9,792 nucleotides of DNA from an uncultured Gammaproteobacteria bacterium (GTDB lineage Bacteria; Patescibacteriota; Patescibacteriia; UBA2591; UBA6264): NCBI GenBank assembly GCA_964617525.1, contig CAZTWG010000018.1, forward strand, positions 1 to 9,792, in the 5' to 3' direction. How positions within the stretch are numbered: the first letter of the stretch is position 1; each line of letters starts with the position of its first letter. This document shows positions 1 through 6,131 of the stretch, one piece after another. The translations under genes and the position numbers were made by a program. Below the pieces are notes generated by a model, which searched no databases, was not told where the DNA came from, and was given only the letters and a program-made list of their open reading frames with translations.

Positions 1-1779
1 TTTTTGAAATATTTGAAAAGTTTTTTTATCGTCTAGTGGAATATTATCTATATCAATTTTTTTATTATATATATGATAGACAATATCTAATGTTTTTTCT
101 ATAATTGTTAGATTTTTTAAACCCAAAAGATCCATTTTTAGTAGTCCTAATTTTTCTACTGCATACATGTCGTATCCAGATATGACAGTTCTTTCTTGTC
201 CAGAAGTATCGTATTGAACTGGAACATACTCAGTCAATGGTAGTGGGGCGATGAGTAGTCCGCAGGCATGTCTAGAGGCGTGCCTTATTACTCCCTCTAA
301 CTTTTGAGCTATTTTAATGATTTTTTGCGCTTCAGGCTCTTCTGCATAAATTTCTTTTAGTTCCTGACTATAATGCAAAGCTTTATCAAGTGTAAAACCA
401 GGTGGAACTGCTTTAGCTAATTTATCGCAAAATATATATGGAGAATCTAAAACTCTTCCTACATCTCGGATGGCTACTCTAGAGGCCATAGTTCCAAAGG
501 TTATAATTTGTGATACATGGTCATGCCCATATTTTTTTTCAATATACTGGATTACCTCATCTCTTCTTTTGTCAGCAAAATCTAAGTCAATATCAGGCAT
601 ATTTATTCTGTCTTCATTCAAAAAACGTTCAAACAACAGTTCGTATTTTAATGGGTCAACGTTGGTGATTTTTAAAAGATAGGAAACAATAGACCCAGCT
701 GCTGAGCCTCTTCCAGGACCAACAATAATGTTATTTTTTTTCGACCAATTCACAAAATCTTGGACAATTAAAAAATAGCCAGCAAATCCAGTTTTTTTTA
801 TGACTAACAGTTCTTTCTCTAATCTTTTTAATGCTTCTTTGGTATTTTTTCCATAACGCTCGGTTATTTTTTCTTTACAAAGTTTTTCTAAATATTGATT
901 AGGATTTTCTCCTGCAGGGAGAGGGAAGAACGGTAGTTTATTTTCTCCGAACTTTATTTCAACATTACATTGATTTGCAATTTTTTCAGTATTAGAAATA
1001 GCTTCTGGATAGTCTTTGAAGCTATCTTTCATTCTTTTTTCTGGACGAAAGGAAAAGTCATCTATAAGCATAGAAAGACGATTTGGGTCGTCTTTCTTTT
1101 TTTTAGTTTGAATACAAAGCAAAATGTCTTGAATTTCAGCATCTTCTTCTTTTAGATAATGAACGTCGTTGGTAGCGACTAGAGGAACTTTATATTTTTT
1201 AGACAATTTGAAAATTGCTTTATTAGCTATTTTCTGCTCGCGCAAATTGGGATGATCTTGAACTTCTAAATAAAAATCTTCTCCAAATATTTTTTTATAT
1301 TCTTTTAAAGCTTTTTCAGCATCTTTTATTCGGTTGTTAACGATTAACCTTGGTATTTCTCCTTGCAAACAAGCACTTAAAGCAATTATTCCCTTGGAGT
1401 GTTGTTTTAAAACTTCTTTGTCTAGACGTGGTTTATAATAAAAGCCTTGCAGGTGGGCAATGCTTGTTAGTTTTATAAGGTTTTTGTATCCTTCTTCATT
1501 TTTGGCTAGCAATACTAAATGAAAAGGTTTCTCATCTATTTTAGCTCTTTTATCTGAAAGTCTGTTGGGGGCAATATATGCCTCCATACCAATAATTGGT
1601 TTTATGCCGGCAGCTTTAGCTTTTTGATAGAATTCAATAATTCCATACATTACTCCGTGGTCAGTTAAAGCAACAGCCTTCATTTTTTGTTTCTTGGTTT
1701 CCTCAATAAGTTCGTCAATTTTTGGCAAACCGTCTAATAGAGAATAATGACTGTGGACGTGAAGGTGTACAAAAGACAT
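1..1779 (-). CDS. dnaE: DNA polymerase III alpha subunit (DnaE), N-terminal 593 codons; 3' end lies beyond the left window edge
   Basis: Manual minus-strand translation from the ATG at 1779..1777 stays open to nt 1, and the frame ends exactly at nt 1. The PHP domain reads MSFVHLHVHSHYSLLDGLPKIDELI..KAVALTDHGVMYGIIEFYQKAKAAGIKPIIGMEAYIAP. The palm reads ..GPGRGSAAGSIVSYLLKITNVDPLKYELLFERFLNEDRINMPDIDLDF, with the catalytic Asp pair at nt 580..597. Further on comes ..RHACGLLIAP..LLKMDLLGLKNLT. These are hallmark Pol III alpha motifs. The ORF is missing from the supplied track only because no stop codon falls inside the window. Confidence 0.93.
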   Translation of the reverse strand, partial: MSFVHLHVHSHYSLLDGLPKIDELIEETKKQKMKAVALTDHGVMYGIIEFYQKAKAAGIKPIIGMEAYIAPNRLSDKRAKIDEKPFHLVLLAKNEEGYKNLIKLTSIAHLQGFYYKPRLDKEVLKQHSKGIIALSACLQGEIPRLIVNNRIKDAEKALKEYKKIFGEDFYLEVQDHPNLREQKIANKAIFKLSKKYKVPLVATNDVHYLKEEDAEIQDILLCIQTKKKKDDPNRLSMLIDDFSFRPEKRMKDSFKDYPEAISNTEKIANQCNVEIKFGENKLPFFPLPAGENPNQYLEKLCKEKITERYGKNTKEALKRLEKELLVIKKTGFAGYFLIVQDFVNWSKKNNIIVGPGRGSAAGSIVSYLLKITNVDPLKYELLFERFLNEDRINMPDIDLDFADKRRDEVIQYIEKKYGHDHVSQIITFGTMASRVAIRDVGRVLDSPYIFCDKLAKAVPPGFTLDKALHYSQELKEIYAEEPEAQKIIKIAQKLEGVIRHASRHACGLLIAPLPLTEYVPVQYDTSGQERTVISGYDMYAVEKLGLLKMDLLGLKNLTIIEKTLDIVYHIYNKKIDIDNIPLDDKKTFQIFQK

Positions 1780-1867
1780 AATGCGAAAAAATTATTTTAA
1801 TTGACTCAATTGTTCTAATAAAATTGGATTGCAAGTATTAAATGTTTATGAATTGTATCTTTCTTGT

Positions 1868-2137
1868 CTACTTCTTTTCCTTTTTATCCCTTTTTATCCT
1901 TTCAGAAAATCCTTTTGTTATATATTTAACAAAAGAAAGAATCGTGATTAATTTTGTCTTAGTTCTTATTTTTTCTAAAATTTCTTCGGTTTTTTGAGAA
2001 ATGTTAGTCAGACTTTTGGAAAATTTAAATAAACGCAAAACAAACAAAATGGCGGTAATAAGGAGAATTGAAGAAAAAACTCCTATTAAAACAATAGAAA
2101 TACTAGCTACAATGTAATAAAAATTTTGAATATCCAT
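1868..2137 (-). CDS. Hypothetical small single-pass membrane protein (89 aa)
   Basis: This is an ORF-track ORF with an ATG start. It has an N-terminal hydrophobic helix (YYIVASISIVLIGVFSSILLITAILFVL), then a charged amphipathic segment (TNISQKTEEILEKIRTK) and a basic tail (RIKRDKKEKK). It is on the same strand as dnaE and 88 nt upstream of it. The architecture loosely recalls DUF948-type small membrane proteins, but I cannot confirm homology from the sequence. It could be a chance ORF in AT-rich DNA. Confidence 0.5.
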   Translation of the reverse strand: MDIQNFYYIVASISIVLIGVFSSILLITAILFVLRLFKFSKSLTNISQKTEEILEKIRTKTKLITILSFVKYITKGFSERIKRDKKEKK

Positions 2138-2236
2138 ATTTTTATCTTATTACTTTAATTAAATAATCTTTAGTTATAATCTTGTTTTGTAATTAAATTA
2201 CCTTGGTGTATCGTACAATAGCATTTAATTTCAAAC

Positions 2237-2265
2237 TTGTCTTATTTGGTTAAATATTGTATAAT
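2237..2265 (+). promoter_or_regulatory. Candidate sigma70-type promoter for the hyp280-rodA-rplY-DUF3048 unit
   Basis: TTGTCT (2237..2242), a 17-nt spacer, then a perfect TATAAT (2260..2265) with TG directly 5' of the -10. It sits about 30 nt upstream of the ATG at 2296, in the only sizeable intergenic region on this side. AT-rich DNA produces chance -10-like hexamers, so confidence is moderate. Confidence 0.45.
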
Positions 2266-2267
2266 AT

Positions 2268-2295
2268 ATTCTAACAAATATATTAAATATATCAA
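2268..2295 (-). promoter_or_regulatory. Possible divergent promoter for the 89-aa ORF / dnaE (weak call)
   Basis: On the minus strand: TTGATA (2295..2290), a 16-nt spacer, then TAGAAT (2273..2268). This would give a leader of about 120 nt before the ATG at 2137, and the site abuts the plus-strand -10 element. It is a hexamer match only, in AT-rich sequence. Confidence 0.25.
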
Positions 2296-3138
2296 ATGAT
2301 GGACTTAACCGACAAACAATTACGATATGCTAAATGGTATTTGAAGCACAAAAGAAGAATTCGTAATATTTTTGTTTTAGCTTTAATTTTTGTTGATGTC
2401 GCGCTAGTAACCGTTATTATCTTTCAATCAGTTTTTTATTTTAATTCAAAAGAAGAGCATTTAAGAAATATGCAAGGGTTAACGGAAGATAGAATAGATT
2501 TTTTAGCGTTGAATGAACATTTTGCTCCCCAGCCAATATCCACAGACTCTTTAACTATTATTCGTCCTGACCCCAAAAAGTCTCAATATGATTTTGTAAT
2601 TGCTGTTTCTAACCCCAATAATGATTGGCAAGCTACTATAGAATATTATTTTTCTGTTAATGGGTCAAATACCCCTTTGAGTATAGGATTTGTAAACCCA
2701 AGAGAAAGAAAGTACTTTTTTTCTTTGGGGAGGGAGGTAGCTTCAGAAATAAGTGATGCCCAGTTCTTGATTTCCAGCATCTCATGGAAACGGGTGCGAC
2801 AAATACAAAAAGATTCTTTGTCTGTTTTAAATCAACTGACAGTAGAAGATGTTAGCTTAGAGTATTTGCAGTCAGAAGATAAATCTTTAATTTTGCCACA
2901 AATTTCTTTTAAAGCTAAAAATAATTCTATTTATGATTTCTGGGAACCTCGTTTTATAATTGTTCTAGAACGTAATTTAAGTTTAGTGGGGTTGAATGTT
3001 CTTTCGGTTGATAGTTGGTTGGCTGGCGAGAAAAAGGACATTACCTTTGCCTGGCCGTTGATTCCGAAATTTACTCATATTAAGATTAAGCCAGAAATTA
3101 ATGTATTGGACCCTAATGTCTATATTTCTCCTCTATGA
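2296..3138 (+). CDS. Uncharacterised bitopic membrane protein (280 aa): basic cytoplasmic N-terminus, one TM helix, beta-rich ectodomain of about 230 aa
   Basis: Long ORF with a tandem ATGATG start just downstream of the candidate promoter. The N-terminus is basic (KQLRYAKWYLKHKRRIR, positive-inside). A single hydrophobic span covers aa ~24-49 (NIFVLALIFVDVALVTVIIFQSVFYF). The rest shows alternating hydrophobic/polar strand-like patterns (YDFVIAVSN, ATIEYYFSV, RFIIVLER, DITFAWP, HIKIKPEINV). Its stop overlaps the rodA start (ATGA at 3135..3138). I recognise no family motif. Confidence 0.75.
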   Translation: MMDLTDKQLRYAKWYLKHKRRIRNIFVLALIFVDVALVTVIIFQSVFYFNSKEEHLRNMQGLTEDRIDFLALNEHFAPQPISTDSLTIIRPDPKKSQYDFVIAVSNPNNDWQATIEYYFSVNGSNTPLSIGFVNPRERKYFFSLGREVASEISDAQFLISSISWKRVRQIQKDSLSVLNQLTVEDVSLEYLQSEDKSLILPQISFKAKNNSIYDFWEPRFIIVLERNLSLVGLNVLSVDSWLAGEKKDITFAWPLIPKFTHIKIKPEINVLDPNVYISPL

Positions 3139-4268
3139 TAAATTTTCCTAAACTTAAATCCTTTGACCAGACATTGTTTATTTTGATATTTTTATTAGTA
3201 ATTATTGGCTTGGTCTTGCAGTATAGTTTGTCTTTGTCTACTCCTGGTATTAATTTTTTTGTTAAACAGTGTATTTTTGTTTCGGTTGGTTTTTTATTTT
3301 TTTTTGTCATATCCTTCATTGATTTTCGCTTCATTAAAGCTACTGCTTTCTCGATTTATTTACTCTCAATTTTATTATTAATATCTGTTTTAATATTCGG
3401 GAAAGAACTAAGAGGAACTAAAGGGTGGTTGGACCTTGGCTTCTTTAATTTCCAGCCAGCAGAATTAGCAAAATTAGCAACTATCATCATTCTAGCTAAA
3501 TTTTGGCAAATAACACGTTCTCCGATTAAACCAAAACATTTATTTTTTAGCTTGGTATTGATTTTGCCTTTGTTTTTTTTAATTATTAAACAACCAGACC
3601 TAGGTTCAGCATTAACTATTATTCTTATTTGGTTGGGGGTGATTTTTTTGGTAGATAGCAATAAAAAACATTTATTATCGTTACTTTTAATTATTGTTTT
3701 GACTATTACTTTTTCTTGGTTTTTCTTACTTAAAGATTATCAAAAAGATCGTATTTCTATTTATTTGAATCCATCTAAAGACTCTTTGGTAAGCGGTTAC
3801 CAGGTTAATCAATCAATTATTGCAGTTGGCTCTGGTCAATTTTTGGGTCGCGGGTTTGGATTAGGCACGCAAAGTCAATTAAAATTTTTACCAGATTCGG
3901 AGACAGATTTCGCTTTTGCGGTTTTAGCGGAGGAATTCGGTCTTGTGGGGTGCCTGTTTCTTCTAGGGATTTACTCCTTGCTACTTTTGAGATTAATGCA
4001 TATCGCGCGCCATGTTTACGGAAATTTTAGTTTAGTTTTAATTTGTGGTGTTACTATTTATCTTTTCTTTCAAATGATTATAAACATAGGGATGAATATT
4101 GGGCTAGCTCCTGTTATTGGTCTGCCGTTACCTTTAGTCAGTTATGGTGGTAGTTCTTTGGTAATTACTTTAATTTCTTTGGGGTTAGTGGAAAGTGTTT
4201 TAAGGTATCAACCATTTACCAAAACCATAACAGTTGACTATAGTGATGGATTTACCCCTACCAGATAA
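3135..4268 (+). CDS. rodA: SEDS-family peptidoglycan glycosyltransferase (FtsW/RodA/SpoVE family), RodA-like
   Basis: 377-aa polytopic membrane ORF. Motifs present are FQPAELAKLA, KQPDLGSAL, GYQVNQSIIAVGSGQFLGRGFGLGTQSQLKFLPDSETDFAFAVLAEEFGLVG and GLPLPLVSYGGSSL. From memory, the GTQSQL.FLP....TDF.FAVLAEE.GLVG block tracks E. coli RodA more closely than FtsW (which reads ..[22 protein letters not shown]..). The RodA versus FtsW assignment is therefore probable but not certain. Confidence 0.92.
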   Translation: MINFPKLKSFDQTLFILIFLLVIIGLVLQYSLSLSTPGINFFVKQCIFVSVGFLFFFVISFIDFRFIKATAFSIYLLSILLLISVLIFGKELRGTKGWLDLGFFNFQPAELAKLATIIILAKFWQITRSPIKPKHLFFSLVLILPLFFLIIKQPDLGSALTIILIWLGVIFLVDSNKKHLLSLLLIIVLTITFSWFFLLKDYQKDRISIYLNPSKDSLVSGYQVNQSIIAVGSGQFLGRGFGLGTQSQLKFLPDSETDFAFAVLAEEFGLVGCLFLLGIYSLLLLRLMHIARHVYGNFSLVLICGVTIYLFFQMIINIGMNIGLAPVIGLPLPLVSYGGSSLVITLISLGLVESVLRYQPFTKTITVDYSDGFTPTR

Positions 4269-4326
4269 AACTATTAATTTTTTAAAATTTTTTAATTAAC
4301 AAAATAACAAGTAATAAATAATATTT

Positions 4327-4998
4327 ATGTTAGAATTAAAAGCAAATGTCCGAGAAATAATGGGCAGAAAGACTAAAAATCTAAGAGGAAAAAACATTAT
4401 TCCTGCCGTTGTTTATGGTAATGGGGAAAAATCGGTTCCAATTCAAATTTTATTTTCTGATTTTGAAAAAATCTTTAAACAAGCTAGAGAAAGTAGTTTA
4501 ATAGATTTAAAAATTGAAGGTCAGGGCAATAAAAAGGTTTTGGTCCACGCCATTCAATATCATCCTTTAACCGACAGGGTTGAGCATGTTGATTTTTATC
4601 AAATTAAAGCGGGAGAAAAGATTGCGGTTGAGGTAAAGCTAAACTTTATTGGAATTTCAAAAGCAGTTAAAGATTTTAATGGTATTTTAGTCCACGAAAT
4701 GGATAAAATAGAAGTAGAATGTCTCCCCAAAGATTTGATTAAAGATATTGAGGTAGATTTAACTGGATTGACTGAGCTTAATAATGTTATAAAGGTTGGC
4801 GATTTAAAGGTTCCAGAAAATGTTAAAATTTTATCTGACCTTGATAGTTCAGTAGTAAGTGTTAAGGCAATAAAGATAAAAGAAGAAACAAAAGAAGAAA
4901 CAGAAGAAGAGGTAAAGAAAGAGAAAGGGGATAGCGAAAAGAAAGAGGGAGGCAACCAAAAGGGAGTGGGAGATTCTTCTGTTATAACCGAAAAATAA
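4327..4998 (+). CDS. rplY: 50S ribosomal protein bL25, long Ctc/TL5 form, with an acidic/lysine-rich C-terminal tail
   Basis: The N-terminus MLELKANVREIMGRKTKNLRGKNIIPAVVYG matches the bL25 signature (R..GK...R.LR..G.IPAV.YG). A second beta domain follows (..VEHVDFYQIKAGEKIAVEVKLNFIG..VHEMDKIEVECLPKDLI..IEVDLTGL), typical of the two-domain Ctc form. The ORF ends in TAA. Confidence 0.9.
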   Translation: MLELKANVREIMGRKTKNLRGKNIIPAVVYGNGEKSVPIQILFSDFEKIFKQARESSLIDLKIEGQGNKKVLVHAIQYHPLTDRVEHVDFYQIKAGEKIAVEVKLNFIGISKAVKDFNGILVHEMDKIEVECLPKDLIKDIEVDLTGLTELNNVIKVGDLKVPENVKILSDLDSSVVSVKAIKIKEETKEETEEEVKKEKGDSEKKEGGNQKGVGDSSVITEK

Positions 4999-5003
4999 GT
5001 GAT

Positions 5004-5075
5004 ATGAGAAATATTGGAACACGTTTCAAGCTAATTTCTATTTTTTTAATTATTGTCTTTGGTTTAAGTGGCTGC
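5004..5075 (+). other. Lipoprotein signal peptide with lipobox (L-S-G-C, Cys24)
   Basis: MRNIGTRFKLISIFLIIVFGLSGC has a basic n-region, a hydrophobic h-region, and the lipobox GLSG|C. The Cys codon is at 5073..5075. Confidence 0.7.
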
Positions 5076-6059
5076 ATTAAATTTCCATCGCTTGTTGATT
5101 CTTCTGCAGAAGTAAATCAAGATTATATTAAATTTGAAACAGAAAATCAAGAAGATAAGGATATTGATTTAGTTGACCCTCCATACGATTATTTTGAATC
5201 AATCAAGCACAAAAAACTTCCGATAGCAATTATTATAGATAATCTTTCTTCTTCATGGCCCCCATCTGGACTTAATAAGGCTTTAGTTGTTTATGAAGCT
5301 CCAGTAGAGGCAGATATTACTAGATTGCTGGCTATTTTCAACCAAGATATTTTACCTATAAAAATAGGTCCAATACGCTCTGCTCGGCCATATTTTGCTG
5401 ATCTGGCTTCTGAGTATTATGGATTATTTATTCATGCCGGAGGTAGTCCGCAAGCGCTAAGTAATATTAAGAGTCGTTTGTACGATTTTTATAATTTAGA
5501 CGAAGTCAGTGGAGATGGTATATATTTTTGGAGGGACTCACAAAGAAATAGACCGCATAATTTATATATTCTGCCAGAATCAATTGAACGGGCTATAGAA
5601 AAAAAGAATTGGCCATTAGAAGTCAATGATAATTTTTTAGAATGGGATAGAGATGATAATTCTATCTCATCAGAGCATAAAATAAATTCTTCTATAATCA
5701 AGATTAATTATCAGGAACCAGTTATTTGGCAATTTGACAAAGGTGCTAATTCTTATTTTCGTTATCAAGATAACAAAGCTTTCGTAGACGAAGAGGGGCA
5801 GATTAAAAGTCCTAATCTGATTATTCAGAAAACAGAAATAAAAATTTTAGATGAAGTCGGTAGGAGGTCAATAAAAACGATTGGCCAAGGAGAAATTTTA
5901 GTATTCCAGGAAGGCCACGTTACAAAAGGTACATGGGTGAAAAATAAAACGACTGGACGCACATTTTTTTATGACCAACAAGGAGAAAAAATAAAATTTC
6001 TACCCGGTTTAATTTGGATAGAAATTGTGGGAGAGAATCACGAAATATCTTATTTGTGA
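5004..6059 (+). CDS. DUF3048 / YerB-like putative lipoprotein (351 aa)
   Basis: The ORF starts 5 nt after the rplY stop. After the signal peptide, the block PIAIIIDNLSSSWPPSGLNKALVVYEAPVEADITRLLAIFNQD...GPIRSARPYFADLA..IHAGGSPQA matches my recollection of the DUF3048 (B. subtilis YerB family) core: ..DN....RPQSGL..ADIVYE...EGGITRF.A.F and GP.RSAR.YF. This assignment is from memory, not from a search. Confidence 0.72.
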   Translation: MRNIGTRFKLISIFLIIVFGLSGCIKFPSLVDSSAEVNQDYIKFETENQEDKDIDLVDPPYDYFESIKHKKLPIAIIIDNLSSSWPPSGLNKALVVYEAPVEADITRLLAIFNQDILPIKIGPIRSARPYFADLASEYYGLFIHAGGSPQALSNIKSRLYDFYNLDEVSGDGIYFWRDSQRNRPHNLYILPESIERAIEKKNWPLEVNDNFLEWDRDDNSISSEHKINSSIIKINYQEPVIWQFDKGANSYFRYQDNKAFVDEEGQIKSPNLIIQKTEIKILDEVGRRSIKTIGQGEILVFQEGHVTKGTWVKNKTTGRTFFYDQQGEKIKFLPGLIWIEIVGENHEISYL

Positions 6060-6066
6060 GTGAGTT

Positions 6067-6094
6067 AGCAAAAGGTAAATTTATTTGCTTTTCT
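6067..6094 (+). terminator. Weak candidate intrinsic terminator after the plus-strand unit
   Basis: AGCAAA (6067..6072) pairs with TTTGCT (6084..6089), giving a 6-bp stem with an 11-nt loop, followed by TTTCT. It lies in the 72-nt convergent spacer between DUF3048 and prfA. The stem is short and AT-rich, so the call is weak. It is not convincing in the minus direction because no T-run follows. Confidence 0.3.
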
Positions 6095-6131
6095 GAGTGA
6101 GCGGAACAAACGCAGAATTCAATGCTCTCTA

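Noticed and set aside
470-1155. Plus-strand ORFs 470..682 and 970..1155 from the ORF track
   Set aside because: Both lie antisense to, and entirely within, the strongly supported dnaE reading frame. Their products are low-complexity (F/S/I-rich) with no recognisable motif, as expected for shadow ORFs in AT-rich DNA.
1799-1811. Palindrome AATTG-ACT-CAATT in the spacer between the 89-aa ORF and dnaE, considered as a terminator or operator
   Set aside because: It is a 5-bp AT-rich stem with a 3-nt loop and no T-run. It would be unstable and is expected by chance at this composition.
2296-3138. Assigning the 280-aa protein as FtsQ/DivIB, based on similar size, bitopic topology and an IIVLER..L.G segment resembling the POTRA ..V.ER.P.A motif
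   Set aside because: The ER-containing segment sits near aa 220, at the C-terminal end, not directly after the TM helix where POTRA lies. No other FtsQ pattern is visible. The protein is left as uncharacterised pending profile or structure searches.
3113-3661. Minus-strand ORFs 3113..3334 and 3356..3661
   Set aside because: They are antisense to rodA, whose identity is secure. Their K/N/I-rich translations are typical of the complement of a hydrophobic membrane-protein gene.
4274-4297. Symmetric motif TTAATTTTTT-AAAA-TTTTTTAATT in the rodA-rplY spacer
   Set aside because: It is a mirror repeat, not an inverted repeat, so it cannot form a hairpin. It is made purely of A/T runs and I attribute it to low complexity. 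A role as a curved-DNA or UP-like element cannot be tested from the sequence alone.
4599-4955. Minus-strand ORF of 118 aa antisense to rplY
   Set aside because: It is fully embedded in the bL25 gene. The S/F/T-rich low-complexity product mirrors the K/E-rich tail of bL25, and nothing supports independent coding.
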